A stretch of DNA of 64,000 nucleotides from Nitrososphaerota archaeon (lineage in GTDB: Archaea > Thermoproteota > EX4484-205 > JAAOZP01). The DNA lies in contig JAAOZP010000012.1 in assembly GCA_011605725.1 (NCBI GenBank), positions 160,001 through 224,000 on the forward strand, in the 5' to 3' direction. Below, piece by piece: positions 27,892 through 37,175 of this stretch; position 1 is the first letter of the stretch; every line of letters starts with the position of its first letter. The position numbers and the translations under genes are program-made. Below the pieces are notes generated by a model that saw only the letters and a program-made list of their open reading frames with translations, did not search any database and was not told the origin of the DNA.

Positions 27892-30339
27892 ATGTCTGAA
27901 AAAATGGTTAAGGAAAAAACAAGAATATACGTGATTGGAAACTCGCATATAGACCCAATCTGGTTATGGAGCTGGCAGGAAGGTTATAGAGTTGTAAGAT
28001 CCACTTTCAAAAATGTTTTAGATTTAATGAACGAGTTTAAGTTCTTCGTATTCACAGCCTCCTCCGCAGCTTTCTACGAATGGATTGAGACATGTGAACC
28101 AGAAATGTTCAGCGAGATAGCGAAGAGAATTAGGGAGAAGCGTTGGGCAATCGTTGGGGGATGGATAGTTGAGCCGGATTGCAACATACCTGGTGGAGAG
28201 AGCTTTGTCCGCCATGCCCTATATGGACAGAGATATTTTAAAAAGAAGTTCGGAGTCGCTGCTGTCACAGGCTACAACGTAGATTCCTTCGGGCACAACG
28301 GCATGCTTCCCCAAATCCTGAGCAAATGCGGATTGAAGAACTATGTTTTTATGCGTCCAGGGTTGTTTGAGAACAAAAATATTCCGGAGAATGCCTTCTG
28401 GTGGGAGGGCTACGACGGGTCAAGAGTACTTTGCTACAGGCTTCCTCTACCATATTGTACGGATGGCGGAGACATAACTGACCGAATAGATGAGACGATC
28501 AGAACAGTCAAGCCTCCCTTAAGGGAGGCGATGTGCTTCTACGGCAGGGGAGACCATGGGGGCGGACCAACTAGAGAAAACATATTGAGTATTCTGGCAA
28601 GAAAGATGAGAAATGATGTAGAGATCCTATTCAGTTCTCCAGACGAGTTTTTCAGTGCATTAAGGAGGAGGAAGCTACGGTTGCCAGTTTTTCGCGGCGA
28701 AATGCAGCATCATGCAAGAGGTTGCTACTCGGTTCACTCTGAGGTTAAGAGAAACAATCGTAAGGCAGAAGAATTACTTTGTACGGCTGAGAAGATTGCT
28801 TCCATAGCGTATTTGCTCGCGGGGATAGAATACCCGCAAAAAGAGCTGACTGAAGCTTGGAAAAGCCTGTTGTTCACACAGTTCCACGACGCATTAGGCG
28901 GCACATCAATACCTGAGGCATACGAAGACGTTCGAAACATTCATGGCGAGGTGTTAAACAAAGGGAGTAGGATCCTAAACAGTGCTATTCAAGCCCTAGC
29001 CTCAAAAATAGACACGGAGGGAGAGGGTATTCCTATAATAGTTTTCAACCCGCATTCGTGGGACGTAGCTTTCCCGGTTGAGGTTGAAGATGCCGACGGA
29101 GAGGGTGGCCTGATGGATGAAAAAGGCCAAGCCATACCCTTGCAACGTGTAAAATCTTCGGCGAACGTTGGAGACTGGAGACAGAGAATAGTCTTTATCG
29201 CAGACGTCCCTGCCCTAGGTTACAGGGTATATCGTAACGTTAGCAGTAGGAGCAGCGTGACCCCTGCTTCTGGAGAACTCATAGCTTCAGATAACACTCT
29301 TGAAAACGAGTACATTCGTTTAGAAATCGACTCGACCAACGGCTATATTAAGCGGCTCTACGATAAGAAGAACGGAGTTGAAGTATTCAGCAGAGACTCC
29401 TGCATTCCGGTTGTTGTCGACGACCATAGCGATACCTGGGGCCACGGGGTTGATAGGTTTAGAAACGATATTGGAGCCTTTGGAAACGCTAAGGTAAAGC
29501 TTGTTGAAAACGGGCCGGTGCGCGCCACTATAATGGTTGAAAGCAGCTATAACAAGTCTTTTATTCGCATGTACGTCTCAATATACAGGGGCCTGCCCTA
29601 TGTAGAACTGAAGTTTTCGTTGAACTGGAATGAGCAACATAAAATGCTTAAACTAAGTTTTTCAGTAAATATTGACCAGCCAGTGTTAACCTCCTCGATT
29701 CCATATGGATGGGTTACGCGCTCCCGTAACGGTGAAGAAGAACCGATGTATAAATGGGTGGACATGACTGGGAAGGCAGTAGGCACCAGTGGCGAAAGCA
29801 GAACCTATGGGCTCAGCATATGTAACGATTGTAAATATAGCTATGATGCTAATGGTTCAGAAATACGGATAACAATCCTGCGGAGCCCACCCTACGCGCA
29901 TCATCAGCCGTATAAGCTGGATCCGAAAATAGCCTATAACTATATTGATCAAGGATGGCAAGAATTCAGCCTAATGCTTATACCGCATAACGGCTCATGG
30001 AAAGAAGCACACACCATAAGGCTTTCGGAGGAATTGAACTCTAAACCGATAGTTTTTGTCGAATACTCTCACAAGGGTACCTTGCCCAAATGCTGGTCTT
30101 TGATGAGTGTTAACCGGGATAATGTAATCGTCAGCGTGCTTAAAAAGCATGAGGATTCGGAGAACCTTGTGGCACGTTGCTGTGAAACGAATGGGGAAGA
30201 GACGGAGGCTAGAATCAGCCTGCCCGCTATCGGCAGAAGGTTAAAGATTAGGTTTAAGCCTTTCGAGATAAAGACACTCCTAATACCTAGGGCAACCGGA
30301 AGAGTGAAGGAGCTCGATATGCTTGAATTCTCCCGCTGA
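27892..30339 (+). CDS. GH38 alpha-mannosidase
   Basis: GNSHIDPIWLW, VEPDCNIPGGESFVR, NVDSFGH, GDHGGGP, QFHDALGG. Confidence 0.94.
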   Translation: MSEKMVKEKTRIYVIGNSHIDPIWLWSWQEGYRVVRSTFKNVLDLMNEFKFFVFTASSAAFYEWIETCEPEMFSEIAKRIREKRWAIVGGWIVEPDCNIPGGESFVRHALYGQRYFKKKFGVAAVTGYNVDSFGHNGMLPQILSKCGLKNYVFMRPGLFENKNIPENAFWWEGYDGSRVLCYRLPLPYCTDGGDITDRIDETIRTVKPPLREAMCFYGRGDHGGGPTRENILSILARKMRNDVEILFSSPDEFFSALRRRKLRLPVFRGEMQHHARGCYSVHSEVKRNNRKAEELLCTAEKIASIAYLLAGIEYPQKELTEAWKSLLFTQFHDALGGTSIPEAYEDVRNIHGEVLNKGSRILNSAIQALASKIDTEGEGIPIIVFNPHSWDVAFPVEVEDADGEGGLMDEKGQAIPLQRVKSSANVGDWRQRIVFIADVPALGYRVYRNVSSRSSVTPASGELIASDNTLENEYIRLEIDSTNGYIKRLYDKKNGVEVFSRDSCIPVVVDDHSDTWGHGVDRFRNDIGAFGNAKVKLVENGPVRATIMVESSYNKSFIRMYVSIYRGLPYVELKFSLNWNEQHKMLKLSFSVNIDQPVLTSSIPYGWVTRSRNGEEEPMYKWVDMTGKAVGTSGESRTYGLSICNDCKYSYDANGSEIRITILRSPPYAHHQPYKLDPKIAYNYIDQGWQEFSLMLIPHNGSWKEAHTIRLSEELNSKPIVFVEYSHKGTLPKCWSLMSVNRDNVIVSVLKKHEDSENLVARCCETNGEETEARISLPAIGRRLKIRFKPFEIKTLLIPRATGRVKELDMLEFSR

Positions 30340-30414
30340 AAGTATTCAATATGTTTCACGACTCCAAAGGGCTCAGCATACTCTTAAATAGGCTTGATAC
30401 ATCCCACGATAAAC

Positions 30415-31602
30415 ATGAGTTTAACCGAGAAACTCACCCTTGAAGAAATAAGGAGGAAAAGACCGAGCAAGTATGCTGGGCTCGAGGAAGGCGTGATAAG
30501 CCTAGGTTTAGCGGAATCTGATTTCGAAATGCCTAAGGAAGTCAAGGAGGCGATGATCAGCGCGATCCTTGAGGGAAGATACCATTACGAGATGGATGGG
30601 GTTGTGGAATTCTTAGAAGCAGCCATGGATAAGCTTTCAAGGTTTAACGGCATTTCCGCCGGCAAAGAGGAAATACTTCCAACAGTCGGAGCTATGAATG
30701 GAATATGGCTAGCCTACAGGATTCTTCTCAAGCCTGGAGACCACGTTATTGTAGTAACTCCAAGCTACCCTGCCCTGATAGGGAGGCCTAAGAGCCTTCA
30801 GGCAGAGGTAACGGAAGCCAAGGTCAGGAAGGATGGACACCTGGATCTTGCTGTCATCGAGAAAGCAGTATCCAGCAGAACCAGGATGATCACTATTTGT
30901 AACCCTAATAACCCTACGGGTACTGTTTACACTAAAGACGAGTTGGAGCAATTAGCAGAGATAGCTATAAGGCATGATCTTTACGTTTTATCCGATGAAC
31001 TCTATGAGAACCTTACTTACGATGGTAGAAAACATGTTAGTATTGCTTCGCTGCCAGGTATGCGGGAACGCGCGATCACTTTATTCGGATTCACGAAAAC
31101 ATACGGCATGTCTGGACTGCGAATAGGCTACGTTGTGGCCGAGAGGGAAATAATTAGAAAGATGAAGGACGAGAATACAGGAATAGTTATTCATCCAGGC
31201 ACAGTTGAACAGATAGGGGCTGCTGCAGCCCTCAAGAAGTGCGACTACTATATTGATTTTTTAAAGAACTACTTAGAGAAGGTTCGAAACAGATTAGTAG
31301 CTATGCTGAGCGAAACCCCGGGAGTAACTATTTCGCCGCCTGAGGGTGCTTTCTTCGCCTTTCCAAATCTGATTCCCCTATTTGAAAACGATAAGGATGC
31401 GGTGGAATATCTTTTGAAAGAGGCACGGGTACTGGTTCACGGAGGAAGCGGCTTTGGGGAGGGCGGCGCTGGACATGTGAGAATAAACTTTTGCTCACCA
31501 TTGGAAATAATTGAGGAAGCGGCCAATAGGATCCGGAGTGCTTTGATTAAAAGACATGATGCTATTGGTTTGAAAAATAAAAGTTTAGGAAATATTGTCT
31601 GA
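30415..31602 (+). CDS. Class I/II PLP-dependent aminotransferase
   Basis: CNPNNPTG, SDELY, GFTKTYGMSGLRIG. Confidence 0.92.
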   Translation: MSLTEKLTLEEIRRKRPSKYAGLEEGVISLGLAESDFEMPKEVKEAMISAILEGRYHYEMDGVVEFLEAAMDKLSRFNGISAGKEEILPTVGAMNGIWLAYRILLKPGDHVIVVTPSYPALIGRPKSLQAEVTEAKVRKDGHLDLAVIEKAVSSRTRMITICNPNNPTGTVYTKDELEQLAEIAIRHDLYVLSDELYENLTYDGRKHVSIASLPGMRERAITLFGFTKTYGMSGLRIGYVVAEREIIRKMKDENTGIVIHPGTVEQIGAAAALKKCDYYIDFLKNYLEKVRNRLVAMLSETPGVTISPPEGAFFAFPNLIPLFENDKDAVEYLLKEARVLVHGGSGFGEGGAGHVRINFCSPLEIIEEAANRIRSALIKRHDAIGLKNKSLGNIV

Positions 31603-31962
31603 GAAGTCGAACTCTATTTTTCCATACTCCATTGTCGTCGTGCTGACGACTATCTTGTGAAGCCCTGGCTGCAGGCCCCCGGGCTTTTCAACAGTGAATT
31701 TAATTCTATCTCCGACAGTAAAGAGGGTTGGAGTCTTGGCGAACTCCTCTGCCTTCACCACCACGTCGCCTTTCTCTATAGTTATTTTCTCCAGAGGAAT
31801 CTCCTCACCGTCTACTGTAAGCCTGAAACCTCCTTCAATAGTACCCGACCCAAGCCTGTTTAAAAGGGAGAAACTGAAGCCAAGCACGTTTCCTTTTTCG
31901 TCGACAACATTTTTCAAAGACCCCTTTTCGTACAGCTGTCTCAACATGAATGCGGGAATCAT
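31585..31962 (-). CDS. Small beta-sandwich hypothetical protein (possibly DUF6379-like)
   Basis: IPAFMLRQLYEKGSLKN..GFSFSLLN..LTVDGEEIP..GGLQPGLHKI; TATA on - strand near 31990. Confidence 0.65.
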   Translation of the reverse strand: MIPAFMLRQLYEKGSLKNVVDEKGNVLGFSFSLLNRLGSGTIEGGFRLTVDGEEIPLEKITIEKGDVVVKAEEFAKTPTLFTVGDRIKFTVEKPGGLQPGLHKIVVSTTTMEYGKIEFDFSDNIS

Positions 31963-32119
31963 TTCGATTAGAATAAGCCTTTACATCAATATAAAGTTTT
32001 CTTGTGGGCCGTCAATGAGCAGTGTAGATTTTTCGAATAAAAGACTTTTAAAAACATTTTGCAACCTAGCCTAGAACAGCCTTTAACGTTATATATAGGT
32101 TTAATATTGTCATATTTTC

Positions 32120-33430
32120 ATGAATAGAAAGCGTGGAAACGGATCATTAAGCGGGGCATGGTACGTAACGCTTGTTTTCTTCATCTTTGTCGTACTTCAT
32201 TATGCTGACAAATTCCTTATATCGCCACTCCTGCCCCTGGTAAGGGACGAGTTTAGACTAGGCTACACCGAGTTAGGCGCAATTGAAACAGGCACCATCC
32301 TGGTTGCTGTCGCATTCATGCCTCTATGGGGATATCTTTTTGACAAGTATGCTAGACCCCCTTTGGTTGCCCTTGCAAGCGCGGTCTGGGGAGGCACGAC
32401 TATCCTCTCCACCTTTTCGCAGAACTACCTGCAGCTTATTGTTACAAGATCCATGACAGGGATTGATAATCAAGCTACTAGTGGATTAATGTCTTTCCTG
32501 GGAGACTATTTCCCACCGGAGAAACGAGCCACAGCACTAGGTGTTCTTCAGGCCGCTGAGACTTTTGGAGCTCTAATAGGCGTCATAATAGGTCTCTTAA
32601 TCGGAGTTAGCTTCGGATGGCGCAACGCCTTTCTGATTACGGCAGCTCCAGGAGTGCTGTTAGCACTAGTCGTACTTTTTACCGTGAAGGATGTTCCGCG
32701 AGGAGGAACCGAACCGGAGCTGGTAAACGTCAGAGATAGGCTTAAGGATACTTTCTCAATAAAATCCCTGAAAAAGCTTTTCGAAAGAAGATCCGTCTTT
32801 TTCCTCTACCTTCAAGGATTTTTCGGCGTCTTCCCATGGAACATACTTTCCTACTGGCTATTCACATACATGACTGATGTTAGAGGCTTCGAACCTGGTT
32901 CCCAGCTGCTCGTAATGCTGGCCGCCCTACTTTCCATGGTTGCTGGAAACATTTTGGCAGGCATGACTGGAGACTGGGCGTTTAGAAGAAACCGGAGGGG
33001 CAGAGTCGTTTTTGCAACAATAACCGTTATCATAGGACTAATATTTTTCGACATGGCCTTCCTAACTAAAGGAGGCGTGGAGCTCTTCCTGCTGCTTGGC
33101 GCTCTAACCGCCTTATTCATGCCGATGGCTGGGCCATGCGTCTCATCATCTGTCCAAGACGTCGCCCTCCCGGAGGTGAGGGGATCAGCCATGGCTATGC
33201 TACTATTTTTCTACAACGTCGGGTCAGCCTTTGCACCACTCATCACGGGTTATGTAGCAGACAGAATCGGCCTAGAATGGGGAATAGTTACGATAGTAAA
33301 CATCACTTGGTCAATATGCATAATCCTGTTAAGCATGGCAGCTGTCTTCATCCCGAGGGACATTGAGTGGAAAAGAAGAGAACTGGCTGAGAGGGCTAAG
33401 AAGCTGGGCTCTGAGCAGAAGGTTTTATAA
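32120..33430 (+). CDS. MFS transporter
   Basis: About 12 TM segments; WGYLFDKYAR motif A; DYFPPEKRATALG. Confidence 0.92.
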   Translation: MNRKRGNGSLSGAWYVTLVFFIFVVLHYADKFLISPLLPLVRDEFRLGYTELGAIETGTILVAVAFMPLWGYLFDKYARPPLVALASAVWGGTTILSTFSQNYLQLIVTRSMTGIDNQATSGLMSFLGDYFPPEKRATALGVLQAAETFGALIGVIIGLLIGVSFGWRNAFLITAAPGVLLALVVLFTVKDVPRGGTEPELVNVRDRLKDTFSIKSLKKLFERRSVFFLYLQGFFGVFPWNILSYWLFTYMTDVRGFEPGSQLLVMLAALLSMVAGNILAGMTGDWAFRRNRRGRVVFATITVIIGLIFFDMAFLTKGGVELFLLLGALTALFMPMAGPCVSSSVQDVALPEVRGSAMAMLLFFYNVGSAFAPLITGYVADRIGLEWGIVTIVNITWSICIILLSMAAVFIPRDIEWKRRELAERAKKLGSEQKVL

Positions 33431-35998
33431 ATGGCTTTAAACGGGTTTCGTCCAGGCTTGCTTGACAAAAGGATACGTGTCTTCGAAGGCAACGCGCTTT
33501 CCGAGATCGCTTTCCCTTTAGGGGGAATAGGCACCGGAACGATTTCCCTAGGCGGTAGAGGAAACCTTAGAGACTGGGAGATTTTCAACAGGCCTGGTAA
33601 GGGTAAGGACCTGCCGTACACCTTTTTCTCCATCTGGTTCCGCGAAGAAGGTTCGAAACCGGTTTCCAAGGTTCTGGAGTCAAGAATCCCCCCGCCTTAC
33701 CGGGGCAGCTATGGAATCCCATGGTCCTACGTGCCTGGGCTACCTAGGCTTGCGAAAACAAGGTTCAGAGGAGAATACCCTTTCGCATGGATATACTTTG
33801 AAGACAGTATTCCGTTGGAAATCTCTCTAGAAGCCTTTAACCCTTTGATTCCACTTAATGTGAAGGATTCAGGCCTACCTGTAGCGATTTTCAAATGGAG
33901 AGTAAGAAACACGTCTAAGAGAAGGGTTGACCTGACCCTGGCCATGAGTCTCTTGAACGCGGTTGGATACGACGGAGTTTCAAACCTCACAAACAGGTTT
34001 AGCGACCTGTTTGGACAAAATTTGAACGAACTAGTCAGAGAAACAGGTCTCACCGGTATTAGAATGAGCAGTAAAAAGTATTCTGAGGATGATCCGAAGT
34101 ATGGATCAATGGTTCTTGCAACAAGCTGGAAAGATGTAACCTACACGCTTAGATGGGAGAGATCAATATGGTGGGACGATGTCCAGAGCTTCTGGAGAGA
34201 TTTCTCTGAAGACGGGCGGCTAGCTGAGGAACCCTCGCCAGACCTCTCAATGGATGGGGAGACGGATGTAGGCAGTCTAGGGCTTCTAGCCAAGTTGAAC
34301 CCCGGTGAAGAGGTGGTACTCCCGTTCATACTTTCATGGTATTTTCCGAACCTGGTGAACTATTGGAATAAAGAGGATGAGGTGCGGGGGAAGAGGATTG
34401 GAAACTTCTATGCTAAGCTCTTCCACGACGCTTTGGACGTGGCTAAGTATGTTGCTAAGGAATTTGAGAGGCTTGAAGAGGAGACGAGGCTTTTCCACAA
34501 GACGCTTTTCGAAAGCACTCTTCCAAGCTACGTGCTGGACGCAGTCTCCAGCCAAGTTTCAACCATAAGGACCCCCACATGCCTATGGGCGGAAGACGGC
34601 AGGTTCTACGCGTTTGAGGGATGCAACGATAACAGCGGGTGTTGCTGGATGAACTGTACACATGTCTGGAACTATGAGCAAACACTAGCACACCTTTTCC
34701 CAAGCTTGGAGAGAACTATGCGTTTAACAGATTTCTTGAATAACACTGATGACACTGGAAACATGGCCTTCAGAACATTGGTGCCGCTTGTGGGTGCTCG
34801 ATGGAGGTTTAAGCCTGCAGCCGACGGGCAGATGGGCTGCATAATGAAGCTCTACAGGGAGTGGAAGCTGAGCGGTGACGACGAGTTCCTGAAAATGCTT
34901 TGGCCAAGCGCTAAGAAATCGCTTGAATACGCATGGAAAACCTGGGATAAGGACTGCGACGGGCTGATGGAAACAGACCAGCATAACACGTATGACATAG
35001 AGTTCTACGGGCCCAACCCAATGGTTAGCTCGCTATACCTAGGAGCCTTGAGGGCAGCTGAGGAAATTGCAAAATATCTTGGAGACTTTGAATCTGCTAA
35101 AAGATACCGGGAAGTCTTTGAGAAAGGAAGAGACAATTTCATAAAGCTCTTGTGGAACGGTGAGTATTTTGCACAGAGGTCTCGAGGCGACTCAAACACA
35201 AGGTATCAATTTGGAGAAGGCTGTCTTTCAGACCAGTTAATAGGCCAATGGTTCAGCCATGTTGTAGGACTGGGATACATCCTGCCAGAGGAGCAGGTGA
35301 AAACCGCTGTGATGTCGGTTTTCCATTACAACTGGAGGGAAAGCCTTCTGGAACACAATAACTGTCAAAGAACTTATGCTTTGAATGATGAGAGCGGCCT
35401 AGTTCTCTGCTCTTGGCCAAAAGGCGGCAGGCCAAACTATCCATTTCCATACTGCGACGAGGTTTGGACAGGTGTAGAGTACCAGGTTGCAGCCCATTTG
35501 ATTTACGAGGGCTTCGTTGAAGAAGGGCTTAGAATAGTCAAGGGAGTTAGGGATAGGTATGACGGCACTAAGAGAAACCCGTGGGATGAAGTTGAATGTG
35601 GGCACCATTATGCTAGAGCCATGTCAAGCTGGTCTCTGCTTCTAGCTTTAAGCGGGTTCGAGTATAGTGCTCCCGAGAAGATCATAGGATTTGGGCCAAG
35701 AGTGTGTGAAAACAATTTTAAATGCTTCTTTTCCACAGGGGGATGCTGGGGAAGCTACAGCAGGAAAGTCGAGCAAGGTTTCCAGAGGGATTCGATAGAG
35801 GTTCGATATGGAAGGCTTGAACTTCACAAGGTTAAACTGATTGTCGACAAGCCTTCAAACGCAAAGCTGATAGTGAACCATTCGAGAAAGGGGAGACTAA
35901 AAGCCTTCTTGAATGTTGAAGAAAAGCATGGGATTGTTGTACTTGAAGAACCAGTTACCATCGATAGTGGAGAACTCCTTGAAATAGTAATAGCGTAG
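33431..35998 (+). CDS. GH116 beta-glucosidase/glucosylceramidase-family hydrolase
   Basis: FPLGGIGTG, YAFEGC, NCTHVWNY, AADGQMG, QHNTYDIE, EVWTGVEY, ECGHHYARAMSSW. Confidence 0.93.
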   Translation: MALNGFRPGLLDKRIRVFEGNALSEIAFPLGGIGTGTISLGGRGNLRDWEIFNRPGKGKDLPYTFFSIWFREEGSKPVSKVLESRIPPPYRGSYGIPWSYVPGLPRLAKTRFRGEYPFAWIYFEDSIPLEISLEAFNPLIPLNVKDSGLPVAIFKWRVRNTSKRRVDLTLAMSLLNAVGYDGVSNLTNRFSDLFGQNLNELVRETGLTGIRMSSKKYSEDDPKYGSMVLATSWKDVTYTLRWERSIWWDDVQSFWRDFSEDGRLAEEPSPDLSMDGETDVGSLGLLAKLNPGEEVVLPFILSWYFPNLVNYWNKEDEVRGKRIGNFYAKLFHDALDVAKYVAKEFERLEEETRLFHKTLFESTLPSYVLDAVSSQVSTIRTPTCLWAEDGRFYAFEGCNDNSGCCWMNCTHVWNYEQTLAHLFPSLERTMRLTDFLNNTDDTGNMAFRTLVPLVGARWRFKPAADGQMGCIMKLYREWKLSGDDEFLKMLWPSAKKSLEYAWKTWDKDCDGLMETDQHNTYDIEFYGPNPMVSSLYLGALRAAEEIAKYLGDFESAKRYREVFEKGRDNFIKLLWNGEYFAQRSRGDSNTRYQFGEGCLSDQLIGQWFSHVVGLGYILPEEQVKTAVMSVFHYNWRESLLEHNNCQRTYALNDESGLVLCSWPKGGRPNYPFPYCDEVWTGVEYQVAAHLIYEGFVEEGLRIVKGVRDRYDGTKRNPWDEVECGHHYARAMSSWSLLLALSGFEYSAPEKIIGFGPRVCENNFKCFFSTGGCWGSYSRKVEQGFQRDSIEVRYGRLELHKVKLIVDKPSNAKLIVNHSRKGRLKAFLNVEEKHGIVVLEEPVTIDSGELLEIVIA

Positions 35999-36030
35999 TT
36001 TACATATGCTAATACCCGGTCTTTAAGGAG

Positions 36031-36043
36031 GAAATTTTAAATA
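36031..36043 (+). promoter_or_regulatory. BRE/TATA box
   Basis: GAAAT-TTTAAATA, 26 nt before ATG 36070. Confidence 0.55.
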
Positions 36044-36069
36044 CTTACCTCAATATTTTGAAAACAGGT

Positions 36070-37074
36070 ATGAAGAGTCTGAATATGGCGGTTATTGGTT
36101 GCGGCAACATCGCTAACTACGCGCACCTACCAAACCTGCTGAAAACAGGACAAAAATTGGTCGCCACATGTGATATAGTGGAGGAAAAGGCGAAGCAGGC
36201 TGCTGAGAAGTTTAAAGCCGACAGGTTTTACACGGACTATAGAAAGGTCCTAGAATTAAAGGATCTTGATGCAGTCATAATAGCTACTCCACCCGATACT
36301 CATAAGGAAATAGCTGTAGACGCGGTGAGAACCAACAAGCACGTATTTCTGGAGAAGCCTTTAGCGGCAAACCTGGAGGATGCATATGAAATTTACAGCC
36401 AGTGGAAGAGAAGCAATGTAAAATTTGCAGTCGGCTTCTGCTTAAGGCACCACGGGATGTTCAAGTATGCTAAGGAACTCGTTGAAAACAATACTGTTGG
36501 AGAACCAGTTGCACTGTGGAGAATAGCAATAGGGACTGCTATCGGCGTTCTACCTCCGATGGGATGGCTTACAGACAGGGAAAGGAGTGGTGGAATGGTG
36601 GTTGAAAACTCTATTCATATGATAGATGCGTTCAGATGGTTCGCTGGCGACATCGCTTCAGCCTTAGCACAGTATAAAACGGAAAGGATTGGAATAAACA
36701 TAGAGGATAATGCTTACATAGTGTTCACTCATCGAAACAATGCTTTTTCCAGCATATTGCAGAGCTGGACTGCTACTCACACCCATGAATCGTGGGGGAT
36801 AGTTGGTAAACAGGGTACTGTAAGCGTGAAAGGATATGTATTAGGGACTATGGAGGTCAGTAGTAGGAGTAGAGGCCTGGAGGAAGTAAAAATAGAGGAA
36901 GACCCCATAGTTATGTATGAGAAGGAGATGGAGGATTTCGTGAAAAGCATACTGGAGGATAAGCCGGTTTTCGCCACGCCCCTAGAAGGATTGAAGGCAA
37001 TGGAGGCAGCAGTGGCTGCTGAGAAAAGCAGTAAGGAAGGGAAACTGATTAAGCTACCTTTGATAGATTACTGA
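36070..37074 (+). CDS. Gfo/Idh/MocA oxidoreductase
   Basis: VIGCGNIA, HVFLEKP, GGMVVENSIHMID. Confidence 0.92.
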   Translation: MKSLNMAVIGCGNIANYAHLPNLLKTGQKLVATCDIVEEKAKQAAEKFKADRFYTDYRKVLELKDLDAVIIATPPDTHKEIAVDAVRTNKHVFLEKPLAANLEDAYEIYSQWKRSNVKFAVGFCLRHHGMFKYAKELVENNTVGEPVALWRIAIGTAIGVLPPMGWLTDRERSGGMVVENSIHMIDAFRWFAGDIASALAQYKTERIGINIEDNAYIVFTHRNNAFSSILQSWTATHTHESWGIVGKQGTVSVKGYVLGTMEVSSRSRGLEEVKIEEDPIVMYEKEMEDFVKSILEDKPVFATPLEGLKAMEAAVAAEKSSKEGKLIKLPLIDY

Positions 37075-37175
37075 GAAACGCAAGCATACTCTCCAAGTAA
37101 CATGATACAAGGGTTTGCCAATCGTTTAGCTGAAATGGATAAAACATATAAAGATTGGGCAGTAGTAGTCGCTAC

